63,217 nt of DNA, filler included, from Octopus bimaculoides (GCF_001194135.2; 6 parts of 6 records of this genome joined end to end with filler, not necessarily neighbours in it); one strand, 5' to 3'. Shown: positions 1 to 12,337, numbered from the whole stretch's first letter. Translations and numbers: made by a program. The notes: a model not told the origin generated them from the letters alone.

Positions 1-28
1 ACACACACACACACACACACATACATAC

Positions 29-62
<34 letters not shown>

Positions 63-188
63 ATATATGTATATATGTATATATATATAAGCGTAATTAA
101 AACAAGAAGAGGCGTACGAAGGACAATATGAAACAATATGTAATCATTAGTTAGGTGCTCGATATGAGAAGTGGGAGGCAGAAGGCGT

Positions 189-222
189 TTTGACGTTTCG
201 AATTTAAGTTCTTCTTCAGAAA
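189..222 (-). ncRNA. Type-I minimal hammerhead ribozyme-like motif in a probable Penelope-type terminal repeat
   Basis: Minus strand reads TTT-CTGAAGA-A-GAA(cttaaa)TTC-GAAAC-GT-C-AAA: intact core, stem II, palindromic ACGT stem III, GUC triplet; stem I is only 3 A-U pairs. Confidence 0.6.
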
Positions 223-662
223 GTTAAAAAGAAGGAAAATTGTACAAAAAAAAATGAGAGGATACAGGAGCTGCGTTTTAGTCCGTATCTGATCGTTTTG
301 CAATAGAAATCTAGGTTATTTCATTTACGTATATCGTCTAAGAGAAGTTTCCTTAATCGTTTATTTAATTATACGTTTTTTTTTTTCATTGCATGGATAT
401 AATATCGTAGCTCCAGATAATTCAAGATTTATGTGAACGTTTCCTGAGTATGTCGTTGATGAATAGCTTTCGCGTACTCATTGTGATCTACCTTGTCAAG
501 TACTACGTACTTTCATAGGGACAGCGATGGTATATCTATCTCTATATTCCCTCTCACACCCCCACACATATACATACATATATACATACACACATACGCA
601 CACACATGCATACATACACACACACATACATACATACATACATACATACATACATACATACA

Positions 663-1594
663 GGGTGATAACAATATTGACAACCAGAGCAGTCTATCGT
701 GGACAAATAATCGGATCACCAACTCTCACTTTGAAGGGTATGCCTTTGCTATTCAAGAACAAGAAATAGCAACCAAATTCCTAATTAACAAACGGGACAG
801 AGAGGCGGGCAAAGCGCCACAATGTAATAATCGATGCAGATTCTGTGGAATCAGTATCGAAGATATCACCCACATCATTAGCAGCTGTCCAAAAATGTCA
901 TCACTGTATTACCTACATATGAGACATGATGTTGTGGCCAAGACACTGTACAATGAAATCCGCCGACAGGATAACCCCGGGGCTAAGGAGATGAAAACCC
1001 ATAATGAGGTAGAGGCCATTACCACTCACAATATGAAAGAGTATTGGTGGAATGTCCCAATAAAAACCTCAATAAAATGCAGACATAATAGACCGGATAT
1101 AGTAATCTGGGACAGAGNNNNNNNNNNNNNNNNNNNNNNNNNNNNNNNNNNNNNNNNNNNNNNNNNNNNNNNNNNNNNNNNNNNNNNNNNNNNNNNNNNN
1201 NNNNNNNNNNNNNNNNNNNNNNNNNNNNNNNNNNNNNNNNNNNNNNNNNNNNNNNNNNNNNNNNNNNNNNNNNNNNNNNNNNNNNNNNNNNNNNNNNNNN
1301 NNNNNNNNNNNNNNNNNNNNNNNNNNNNNNNNNNNNNNNNNNNNNNNNNNNNNNNNNNNNNNNNNNNNNNNATATGCATGCATCTAGACATGAAAATATA
1401 TACATAAAAACGCATCCATAAAACAAACATGCAAATCTGCGCATACACTAACACCAAATACTGCGCACACACACACATATGCACAAATACCTAGATGATG
1501 TTGATAAAAGTTCCAATGAAGGAGCCTTGAATCTATGTTAGAGTCCGGCTCTTTCTCTATGGACAAGAAATACAGAAATGAAACTGATTGATAA
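663..1594 (+). mobile_element. 5'-truncated RLE-type (R4/Dong/NeSL-like) non-LTR retrotransposon, 3' part
   Basis: Frame reads FEGYAFAIQEQEI...CRFCGISIEDITHIISSC (CCHC knuckle)...RHDVVAK...HNRPDIVIWDR (PD motif of RLE); gap 1118-1371; probable 3' UTR ends in (CATA)n. Confidence 0.85.
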
Positions 1595-1596
1595 CA

Positions 1597-1630
<34 letters not shown>

Positions 1631-1780
1631 CATACATACACACATACATATATAGAAGTAAATACTTTCTATATTTAGTACATACGCCACCCCAAAGACC
1701 AACTGCGGAGTCGGATCTGCAGTTAAATTGGATTCGGTACCTACATATCTACGGTTTTCTAATAACAGACAGACGAACAA

Positions 1781-1856
<76 letters not shown>

Positions 1857-1975
1857 GGACAGACGGACAGACGGACGGACAGACGGACGGACAGACGGAC
1901 GGACAGACGGACGGACAGTTAGATAGATTGACAGACAGACAAACTGATACACTAAAGAGAGATAGACAGACGAAC

Positions 1976-2039
<64 letters not shown>

Positions 2040-2463
2040 CAAAGGGATAATAATAAACCTGCCTATTCCCTCTTCAGCACATTATGCTGGATCCTAGGGA
2101 GGGTAGTAAGGGATTATAGGATTATTGTTACATATTCCTATATATTATGACATCCATTACATGAGATCGTATGAATTGCGTAATCTTTTACTTGTTTCAG
2201 TCATTTGACTGCGGCCATGTTGCGCGTATGTGTTTGTGTGTAGGCTTATAAACGTACGTACATACACACATAAAGAGAGAGAGGGAGGGAGAGAGGGAGG
2301 GGAGGGGAGGGGAGGGGGACGAGAGCGTGAGAAACAAGCAAAATTGTAAAAAATCAATTCTTGACTATTAGTCTTCTGACCAACCTGCTGCCCTTTCACT
2401 CTTTGCAATCACGAAGGTCTCGCCCCGTTTGCAAGGATCATCATCTGTAGACGTCAAGTGGTC

Positions 2464-3111
2464 CGTGGGCGAAATTCGTTTTCCCACGAAAGTTCCGGAC
2501 CCCAGTTATGAACTCATTTGCATACAGCCAATCATTTGCATATAGCCAATCAGAGCTCAACTATCAAACTAATTTATGAGCGCGTAACGAGTGATGCGCG
2601 ATAAGATAAGGTCCCTTGGGTAAGGAATGCTTGTTTTCTGCGCAATTATTTGTGTTGTTGTTTACTTTGTAAAACAGTAAGGGAAGAGGATTGCTAACAC
2701 CTCACCTCCTACCCATATTTTTTCCACCCACATCTTTACCATATGGGTCCCTAACGAAATCCGGTAATCGGTATAAATGCAAATCTATCTAATTACTTGT
2801 CTTCTTCTAAAATCAGGCATAACTTGGCGATCGGTCGACTTACTACACCGTTCTTCGTCTTATGTTTACTTGACAGAGTGTTTTAACAAAAGATTGGTTG
2901 TTTTTTGACACATTCACGAGTTTTATGTTGGGTTGTGTGTCCAGGCATTATCTGAGAGCTGAACGGATCTGATCCTTCGTTATCCGCATGGCTACCTCGG
3001 CGTAGTTGTTTGTGTACAACAAGGTTCGAGGTGAGCTCTGATTGGCTATATGCAAATGAGTTCATTATCGGGGTCCGAAACTCTCGTGGAAAAAAAAAAA
3101 TTCGCAGCACG
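2464..3111. promoter_or_regulatory. Inverted repeat (~100/80-bp arms) with octamer plus CCAAT cassettes around a CpG-rich spacer; promoter-like region or MITE
   Basis: 2533-2559 is the exact reverse complement of 3032-3058; ATTTGCAT at 2516 and 2534, ATGCAAAT at 2777 and 3050; CCAAT at 2528 and 2546, ATTGG at 3041. Confidence 0.55.
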
Positions 3112-3184
3112 TGGTTTGCAGGTGAGATGATGTTAACAATAACTATTTTGGGCGCTTGACCAATAGACTCAAATTCAAAAGGCT

Positions 3185-3578
3185 CAGCTTGTCCCACTGA
3201 GTTCCGGGTTCAGTCTCACTGCGTGGTAGCTTGGTCAAGTGTCTTTTACTATAGCCTCGGGCGGACCAAAGCCTTGTGAGTGGATTTGGTAGTTGGAAAC
3301 TGAAAGAAGCCCGTCTTATGTATGTATGTGTGTGTGTGTGTATGTGTGTGCGTGTTTGTGTGCATGTGTGTGGATATGTTTGTGTCTGTGTTTGTGTCCC
3401 CCCCCCCTAGCATTGCTTGATAACCGAGGCTAGTGTTTGCGTCCCCGTAACATAGCGGTTCGGCAACAAAAACCGATAGATTAAGTACCAGGCTTACAAA
3501 GAATAAGTCCTGGGGGTCGACCAAAGGCGGTGCTCCAGCATGGCCACAGTCAATTGTCTGAAGCAAATAAAAGAATAT
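3185..3578 (+). mobile_element. tRNA-derived SINE, family B (abundant, internal microsatellite)
   Basis: B-box-like GGGTTCAGTC; body and tail shared with copies at 6357, 6935, 12338, 50463, 53547 and 59363. Confidence 0.85.
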
Positions 3579-3636
3579 ATATATTATACATATCTACACA
3601 CATATACACATATATAAGTATACACAAAACACACAC

Positions 3637-3717
<81 letters not shown>

Positions 3718-4642
3718 GGCAGACGGGCAAAAGAGCAGACACACACACAGAAGCAGACAGACGGACAGACGGACGGACGGACAGACAGACAGACACAAGG
3801 AGAGAGAGAGAGACAGATCAGATATGATATGATAGATGATGCGATGCATATGAGACAACTATGTGAACTGGAGGAACATAAACGGAATTCAGACAGAATT
3901 AAAGAATGAGTGCTTATCAAAAATAAGCGGAAAGAAACAAACAAAAACCAAAAAAACAAGGAGGAAAAAGACTCTATATTTCCATAAAGAGAAACTGGAA
4001 GTGATGGGACGTTTGTATGTCTGATGTGAAGACATGAATTACACACACACACACACACNNNNNNNNNNNNNNNNNNNNNNNNNNNNNNNNNNNNNNNNNN
4101 NNNNNNNNNNNNNNNNNNNNNNNNNNNNNNNNNNNNNNNNNNNNNNNNNNNNNNNNNNNNNNNNNNNNNNNNNNNNNNNNNNNNNNNNNNNNNNNNNNNN
4201 NNNNNNNNNNNNNNNNNNNNNNNNNNNNNNNNNNNNNNNNNNNNNNNNNNNNNNNNNNNNNNNNNNNNNNNNNNNNNNNNNNNNNNNNNNNNNNNNNNNN
4301 NNNNNNNNNNNNNNNNNNNNNNNNNNNNNNNNNNNNNNNNNNNNNNNNNNNNNNNNNNNNNNNNNNNNNNNNNNNNNNNNNNNNNNNNNNNNNNNNNNNN
4401 NNNNNNNNNNNNNNNNNNNNNNNNNNNNNNNNNNNNNNNNNNNNNNNNNNNNNNNNNNNNNNNNNNNNNNNNNNNNNNNNNNGATGGTGGTGATGGTGGC
4501 GATGGTGGTATGGCTGCTGCTTCTGCTGCTGGTAGCTGTATATCTGAGAGTAACGTTAGTAGAGTTAAGAAACGGAAAGGGAGGGGTGGGGTTTTTATAG
4601 TGAAAATCGTAGTGTTGGTGCCAGTACAAACAGATACGGTTA

Positions 4643-4698
<56 letters not shown>

Positions 4699-5117
4699 AT
4701 GGTTGTGGTGATGGTGGTTGTGGTAGCAGTAGCGGCAGAGGTAGTTGGTGGTTATGTTTATTGATGCTAACCAAATTGGTTGGTGTGTTAGTAGCGGTGG
4801 AAGTGGATGCGGTAGTATTACTCGTTAGGCGGTGGTGGTGGTGGCGGTGGTGTCAATGCTATTCGATGAAGACGATGTAGAAGGATGCCATAACGAGAGG
4901 AGGAGGAGGAGGAGGAAGAAGAAGAAGAAAACGAAGAAGAAGAAAACGAAGAAGAAGAAGAAAAAGAAGAAGAAGAAGAAAAAGAAGAAGAAGAAGAAAA
5001 AGAAGAAGAAGAAGAANNNNNNNNNNNNNNNNNNNNNNNNNNNNNNNNNNNNNNNNNNNNTTAATTAATTAANNNNNNNNNNNNNNNNNNNNNNNNNNNN
5101 NNNNNNNNNNNNNNNNC

Positions 5118-5450
5118 TCTTCCTCCTCCTTTCCTCTTCCTCCTCCTTTCCTCTTCCTCCTCCTTTCCTCTTCCTCCTCCTTTCCTCTTCCTTCTCCTTT
5201 CCTCTTCCTCCTCCTTTCCTCTTCCTCCTCCTTTCCTCTTCCTCCTTTCCCCTTCCTCCTTTCCTCTTCCTCATCCTTTCCTCTTCCTCCTCCTTTTCCC
5301 TTCCTCCTCCTTTCCTCTTCTGCCTCCTTTCCTCTTCTGCCTCCTTTCCTCTTCTGCCCCCTTTCCTCTTCTGCCTCATTTCTTCTTCTGCTTCCTTTCC
5401 TCCTCCTCCTCCCACCTCCTTTCCTCTTCCTCCTCTTCCCCCCTTCTCTT
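5118..5450. repeat. Polypyrimidine minisatellite of CCTCCTCCTTTCCTCTT-like units
   Basis: Tandem degenerate units directly visible. Confidence 0.85.
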
Positions 5451-5784
5451 TATTCAGCTTCTCCCTATTTTTGCTCCCTGCCTCTTCATTCCCAATCTTG
5501 AGCAAATTGCATAATTTAAACAGAAACAAACTAAGAGAAATACCTGAATGGTCAATGGTCAGTGTCTATGAACAATAAAGACAAATACAGGTCTATCAAA
5601 TGCCATACAACATATATAAATTCTTGATTTGTCCAATTCATCTACAGGTGCTAAGACTCTACATTCTGAGATTAGGTGTGGTCTATAGTTTCAATCTCAT
5701 CGTTACAGAATCGGCATTGTGGGTCAGCTCCATATTTTATCACGTTGGCTTGGTAGTTATTATTATTATTATTATTATTATTAA

Positions 5785-5990
5785 GGTGGTGAGCTGGCAG
5801 AGTCGTTAGCGTGCCAGACGAAATGCGTAGCGGTATTACACCCGTTACTATGTTCTGAGTTCAAATTCCACCAAGGTCGACTTTGCCTTTCATCCTTTTG
5901 GAGGTTGATAAATTAAGTATCAGTTGACACTGAGGTCATTGTAATCGACTTGTCTCCAGCTCCCCTTGTGGAAAAAATTTGAAATAATTA
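5785..5990 (+). mobile_element. tRNA-headed SINE, family A (Meta-domain-like body)
   Basis: A box TGGCAGAGTCGTTAG, B box GAGTTCAAATTCC, body GGTCGACTTTGCCTTTCATCC; superfamily label is recollection-based. Confidence 0.8.
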
Positions 5991-6048
5991 TTATTATTAT
6001 CATTTAGGTATTATTATATATTTGAAAGACAGAAACTGAAAGAAGCCC

Positions 6049-6083
<35 letters not shown>

Positions 6084-6125
6084 GCATGACTGTGGTAAGA
6101 AGTTTGCTTCCCAGTCACGTCATTA

Positions 6126-6335
6126 AGGTAGTGAGCTGGCAGAATCGTTAGGATGCCAGGTAAAATGCTTAACGACATTTTTCTGTCTTTACATTCAGAA
6201 TTCAAATGTCACCAAGGACAATTTTGTCTTTCACTCTTTTGGGGTCAATAAAATAATACCAGTTGGATAATGAGGACAATGCAATTGACTTGTACCCTCC
6301 CCACAAATTGATGACCTCTTTCCAAAATTTGAAAT
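6126..6335 (+). mobile_element. SINE family A, diverged copy
   Basis: Same head and body as 5785-5990. Confidence 0.75.
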
Positions 6336-6356
6336 CATTATTATTATTATTATTAT

Positions 6357-6560
6357 TCTCTTTTACTCTTTTACTTGTTTCAGTCATTTGACTGCGGCCT
6401 TGCTGGAGCACTGCCTTTAGTTGAGCAGTTCAACCCCAGGACTTAATCTTTGTAAGCCTAGTACTTATCCTATTGGTCTCTTTTGCCGAACTGCTAAGTT
6501 ACGGGATGTAAGTACACTAACATTGGTTGTCAAGCGATGATGTGGGGACAGACACACACA
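6357..6560 (-). mobile_element. SINE family B, 3' half
   Basis: Reverse complement of the family B tail (GACTGAAACAAGTAAAAGAG). Confidence 0.8.
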
Positions 6561-6616
6561 TACATATATAGACACACATACATATATAGACACATATACA
6601 GACACACACATACATA

Positions 6617-6905
6617 TAAGGCGGCGAGCTGGCAGAAACGTTAACACGCCGGGCGAAATGCTTAGCGGTATTTCGTCTACCGCTACGTTCTGAGTTCAAA
6701 TTCCGCCGAGGTCGACTTTGCCTTTCATCCTTTCGGGGTCGATTAAANNNNNNNNNNCGCCGAGGTCGACTTTGCCTTTCATCCTTTCGGGGTCGATTAA
6801 ATAAGTACCAGTTACGCACTGGGGTCGATATAATCGACTTAATCTGTGTTTGTCTGTCCTTGTTTGTCCCCTCTGTGTGTAGCCCCTTGTGTGTAGTAAA
6901 GAAAT
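6617..6905 (+). mobile_element. SINE family A, CpG-rich (young-looking) copy interrupted by a 10-N gap
   Basis: GGCGGCGAGCTGGCAGAAACGTTA...GAGTTCAAATTCCGCCGAGGTCGAC. Confidence 0.85.
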
Positions 6906-6934
6906 AACACACATACATATATATATATACACAC

Positions 6935-7066
6935 ACACGATGGGCTTCTTTCAGTTTCCATCTACCAAATCCACTCATAAGGTTTTGGTCAGCCCAAGGT
7001 GCCATGCAGTGGGACTGAACCTGGAATCATATGGCTGAGAAGCAAGCTTCTTACCATAGTCATGCC

Positions 7067-7108
<42 letters not shown>

Positions 7109-7262
7109 CACACACGATGGGCTTCTTTCAGTTTCTGTCTTCCAAATCCACTCACAAGGCTTTGGTCGGCCCAAGGCTATAGTAGAAGACACTTGCCCAA
7201 GGTGCCATGCAGTGGGACTGAACCGAGGACCATGTGGTTGGGAAGCGAGCTACTTACCACAC
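6935..7262 (-). mobile_element. SINE family B 5' halves, two tandem partial copies
   Basis: Repeated GATGGGCTTCTTTCAGTTT...GGTGCCATGCAGTGGGACTGAAC blocks. Confidence 0.8.
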
Positions 7263-9284
7263 ACCCAAAAGTATAGTAATTGGATGTTTAAACATTAAAT
7301 GGCCATGAGGGTCCCTGTGAATAAAACTGAAATCAAAGGGATCCATAGGCAGAAAAGAAAAAAAAAGGTAGAAGTGGAAAGGAATTTAAGAAATCAAAAC
7401 TTCCTATTCTATGGTATTTAGTGTTTGCTATTCAAATATGTGCGATGAGCAAGCTGAGGTATTTCTCTGGCTTTTGTTTAGGGTTACAACTATCTGTTTT
7501 GTAAAAAGTGGGGTTTGCTTGGGGTTAGTTCCCTCTAGTTTACTTTCCACTTCATGCTCCAATGGGCCACACCCACCAGCAGATGTCTAAATCAGTGACC
7601 AGCCAGATTGTCTTAAGCTCCCTCTTCACCCTTCCAACCTTGTTCTTTTGTACTGGTTTCCTCTCTTACTTTTGCCCCCTCCTTCTCCCCACCCCTTGTA
7701 CCCCTATTTATTTATTTATTTATTTCTGCCTTTGTGACTAAATCACTTTAGTATTTCCTCACTGCAAATTATTATTTTTTTTGTTTTTGGTTTTATACAA
7801 ATTGTTTTGTGTGAGAGAAGAGGTAGAATGTGTGTGTATGTATAGCTGTATGTGTTTATGCAGGTATGTGTAAGTGTTTATGAGTATGTATAGATGTGTG
7901 TATGTGAGGGGTTTTATACATGTGTGTGTGTATATGTGTGTGTGTATACATGTGTGTGTGGGTGTGTATACATGTGGGTGTGTATAAATGTGTATGTTTT
8001 CATGTGTGTATAAATGTGTATATATATCTGTGTGCATGTGTATAATATAAGTGGTGTGTGTATATTTGTGTATGGTGTATGTATAATATATATGTTTATA
8101 TGTATTATGTGTATGTGTATGCATATACATACTTGTCTCTGTGTGTGTATATATGCATGTGATGTGTATAATACATGTGTATAATACATGTGTATAATAC
8201 ATGTATAATACATGTATAATACATGTATAATACATGTGTATAATACATGTGTATAATACATATGTGCCTGTATGTATTTGTGTGCTGTGGATTATATTAA
8301 GGGGTTCTTTGTTCAACCTGTACCTGGTTACCTTAAATCAAAGGGGAAAAGATTCATGGCCAGAGTTTGACCCTTGGCTCACCACCCCACCCTCAGTACC
8401 CCTTCCCTCTCATGAAACAAAAGCTCTTTTCCAAGGCAAAATTCTCAAATTTCCTATCCCCTGGCACTGCCTAATAATCTGGGGTTTTTTGTCTTTTTCT
8501 GGGAATGGATGTCTCAGAATGATGATCTTGCCATCAAAATATCCCCTATTTTCCTGCACAGAAGGAAAAAGGATAAGTGGTGAGGTGATTTCCCTGGAGT
8601 TCAGGAAGATTGAAGGGATCTATTTCAAAACGGGGGCACCAGTATTTTCTTAACGAAACACTAATGAAACACTTTGAAACTTGGGACACTGGTAGAATGT
8701 GTCATATAAAACATCTTTTACTCTTAGTCTTCTTAACAAAAAAACGTACATCGCAAGTTATTCCATGTTAAAGTTGTCGTATTTCTGTAATTTCAACCAA
8801 TCACTGACGTCTATTCAGCTGAATAGAGTTACTGCTGGGCAGTCATAAAAATGTTATTCCCTGTGACATATTTCATCCGGTTTAATCGTAATTTATACGC
8901 ATATATTGTTTATATAATAAATTACGCTGTGCATATCTATGTGTGTAACAATTTTAGAGTTCGGATTCTAGAGTTAGGGTGTGTGTAGATGATTCAGAAT
9001 GTTCTGGTCTGGGCTCACTTGAGTGGCTTTGAAAGTATTCTTTCTCCAGTCCCCACCTCACCTGATTCTCCCACCCTGGCTCCTTTCTTGTGTAAGTGTC
9101 ACTGAAGGATTGAATTGGAATGAGTGAGTGTTAATCCTTCCTTACCTCCTTTACCCATTTCATTTAATCCTTTAGTTCAAAAATTGCATACAAATAGTTT
9201 GTGTGTGCGTATGTATGTATAATTGTGTGTGTGTATCTGGGTCTTTGTGTGTTTGTATATATATATATATATATATTAGTCCTC

Positions 9285-9614
9285 ACAGAGGCAAAGTAGC
9301 TGAGTTCCTTTTGAGTGTTGACCCTCAGAGAAGTAATGACTGAGATCTTTGGCATTATGCCGTTCTTGAGAAGACCCATCAAGCCGAGCAAAATTGCAGT
9401 CATGGCAGATACCAGTGTCATACAAATGGCACCCATGGTGGTAGCACATAAAAGCACTCATTACACTCTCGGAGTGGTTGGCGTTAGGAAGGACATCTAG
9501 CTGTAGAAAACCATGCCAAATCAGACTGGGGTCTGGTGCAGCCTTCCAGCTTACCAGCTTTGGTCAAATCATCCAACCCATGCCAGCATTAACAAAGAAC
9601 GTTAAATGATGATG
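9285..9614 (+). mobile_element. Retroposon family C (RTE-like 3' tail)
   Basis: GGAGTGGTTGGCGTTAGGAAGG...CAACCCATGCCAGCAT...GTTAAATGATGATG; shared with inverted copies at 9768 and 11269. Confidence 0.7.
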
Positions 9615-9624
9615 TGTGTATGTG

Positions 9625-9757
9625 TTAGTAGTTAGGGCATTCAGCTCACAAATGTAAGGTTCGGAGTTTGATTCCCAGCTGCATATTGTGTCCTTGAGCA
9701 AGACACTTTATTTCTGGTCGCTCCAGTCCACTCAGCTGGCAACTCAGAAATGAGTTC
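9625..9757 (+). mobile_element. tRNA-headed SINE fragment (same head family as 48255-48525)
   Basis: GTTTGATTCCCAG...TGTCCTTGAGCAAGACACTTTATTTC...GCTCCAGTCCACTCAGCTG. Confidence 0.65.
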
Positions 9758-9767
9758 ATTGTCTTTA

Positions 9768-10150
9768 TCATTTAACGTCCGCTTTCCATGCTGGCATGGG
9801 TTGGACGGTTTGACCGATAACTGGTTAGGAGTGGAGCTGCACCAGATTCCAATCTGATTTGGCAAAGTTTCTACGGCTGGATGCCCTTCCTAATGCCAAC
9901 CACTCCTAGAGCATAGTGGGTGTTTTTTACGTGCCACTGGTACAGGTGCCATCGATATGACACTGGCATCATCCATGATTACGGTCTCACTTGGTTTGAC
10001 AGGTTTACACAAACATGGGATATAACCAAAGGTTTTGGTCATCTGTCACTGCCCCCATGAGGCCCAACACTTGAACGGTGCTTTTTATGTACCAGTCAGA
10101 CAGCACTGGAATCGTCCATGACTATAATTTCACTCGGTTCAACAGGTCTT
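9768..10150 (-). mobile_element. Retroposon family C, inverted copy
   Basis: Clear reverse-complement match to 9440-9614. Confidence 0.7.
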
Positions 10151-10785
10151 CAACAAGCACAGCATCTTGTGTATACCTGTAATTCAAAGGGGCTATCCTT
10201 GTCACATTCTGTACCATGCAATATTTCCCTGACAATTATGTTAAAGGTATGCATGTCTGTGCAGTACTCAACCACTTGCAAATTATACACACACACACAC
10301 ACACACATGTATGTGTTTGTTCTTGTTTAGCCCATGGTTTTGCCTGATTGTGGAGACCTATGATAAGTTTTTCCATCCATGACTGTCCCATCTTATGTTT
10401 GCAGATTCCAGAACCACATTATCCAACATGTTCTTTTCTAAAGACATTAATACAATTTGAGTGATTTAATTGCTATTTCTAGCATTCTCAGTGATTCCCC
10501 TCCATACTACACCTCCCCCCATCTCATTGGTTTTGTGTTTATGCCAGTCTTACAGATGTCTCTATCTTCCATAACTTAGTGGTTTGTCAAAAAGATATTG
10601 ATAAAATAAGTACCACACTACAGAAATAACTAGGGTTGATGCAATCAGCAAAAACCCTCAAATGCGATTTCTGCTCTCTCGTTAGTTAATTCTAATGGAG
10701 GTCTCTGTGACTAAATCTTAATTAATCTTCTAGAAGTGATTGCTTAACTGTTGTATTATATTTTTTTCTGTTTTCTTCAATCCAG

Positions 10786-10908
10786 ATGGTTCCACCCAAA
10801 CATATGGGGTATCGATGCGGAGAGCCTGCTCATGGAGCGAGGCTTCGATGGAAGCTTCCTCGCTCGCCCCAGCATGAGCAACCAAGGAGATTTCACTCTA
10901 TCGGTGAG
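10786..10908 (+). CDS. PTPN11: Internal coding exon of SH2-containing tyrosine phosphatase SHP2/corkscrew (N-SH2 domain, first half)
   Basis: Polypyrimidine tract and CAG acceptor at 10761-10785, AG|GTAGGT donor; translation (R)[40 protein letters not shown](R) matches SHP2 residues 5-46; 123 bp, phase 2-2, as in vertebrate PTPN11 exon 2. The ORF track shows the wrong frame. Confidence 0.95.
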
Positions 10909-11057
10909 GTAGGTACTGCTTATGTTGTGTTCTCATACTTTTTCAAGTGTATATNNNNNNNNNNNNNNNNNNNNNNNNNNNNNNNNNNNNNNNNNNNNNN
11001 NNNNNNNNNNNNNNNNNNNNNNNNNNNNNNNNNNNNNNNNNNNNNNNNNNNNNNTAT

Positions 11058-11094
<37 letters not shown>

Positions 11095-12337
11095 ATAGGT
11101 TTGGTGATGGCAAACAGGAAAATAGAACTCAAAACACGAGTATGTGTATGTGTTTGTCCATGGTCGTGCTCCAGCATGACAGCAGCCACATGGCTGAAAT
11201 GAGTAAAAGAATAAAAAAATACACACATACACACACATACACACAAATTTTATCATTATAGTTATTATCATCATTTAATGTTCACTTTTCCATGCTGGCA
11301 TGGGTTGGATGATTTGACAGAATCTGATGAGTCGAAGCACTGAATGATGCTCCAATGTCTGCTTTTGTAGGGTTTCTTTATAGAATGTAACTAAATGCTC
11401 TTTGATGCAAAAAATTTTGCACGAAGCACATAGAAATTTCAAAATTTGTCATTTAAATAACGACATTAACACTACACCCTTTCAGCTATGAATAGCTACA
11501 AGACCCTGAGATGGAAAATTCTTGTCATATCTGCCACTACTGTACATAGAAAAAGCTCAATGGAAGGCCACAATGGATGAATACAGTTCCTGTATCTGGG
11601 ACAGAACTGCTGTTGCTACACAAACACAGACAACCTTGACCACATCCAGAGAAGGGCCACTCAACTGGTTGGCATTCAGTCTCCTACAGATACACTTCAG
11701 CCTCAAGCCCACAGGCACACTGTTTTCTCTCTCTCCTCTAATGGCCTCTGTTCCTCTGAGCTGGTTGGACACAGTCCTCTGCGGTTCAAGCCCTCCTATT
11801 CCATACATCTCTCCCTTTCTTATCACCCTTATTACAACCAACCCTCACCTCTCTTTCCTCACACTACACATTGTACTTAATCCTTCTTCCCCCTAAGCAT
11901 CATCCGTCTGGAATCTCCTCTTCTCTGCTCATGTTTTTCCGGCAGATGTTGAATTATGACAATTTAAAAAAGAACATTAACAACATCTACTGCACTGGTC
12001 TTGCGAGGGTCACACACACTGTCTCTTCCTCCAGACACAGCAAATAAAAAAAAACCCTCCACACCCCCATATGAAACCACACCCTAAAAAAGTCATCTCT
12101 CAACCAACCTGTACCTGTAACCCATAGAATATACCAGTTTATCACTTTTGCATTTAAGGTTAATTACACTGATGGACATCTCTACTTATTGCTGTGGAGT
12201 GGCTCTTATTTTAGTGACCCTAGAAAGATGAAATATAAAGCCAACCCCCACCAGAGTTTGAACTCAGAACCTAAGGAGGCACAATGATATACCAGACTTA
12301 TTTCCACATGATTTCCATGATTACAGCTGTTTTGTAT

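Noticed and set aside
2403-2422. TTG CAA TCA CGA AG|GTCTCG resembling a 14-nt xQSRR first exon of PTPN11
   Set aside because: No ATG and a poor donor consensus; probably chance.
5061-5072. TTAATTAATTAA islands inside N gaps (also ~13162, 37323, 44823, 58652)
   Set aside because: The same motif centred in equal-style gaps is an assembly placeholder, not biology.
7759-8316. 185-aa His/Thr/Tyr/Ile-rich ORF and the many similar ORF-track entries
   Set aside because: Translations of CA/TA/TACA microsatellites, minisatellites or N gaps.
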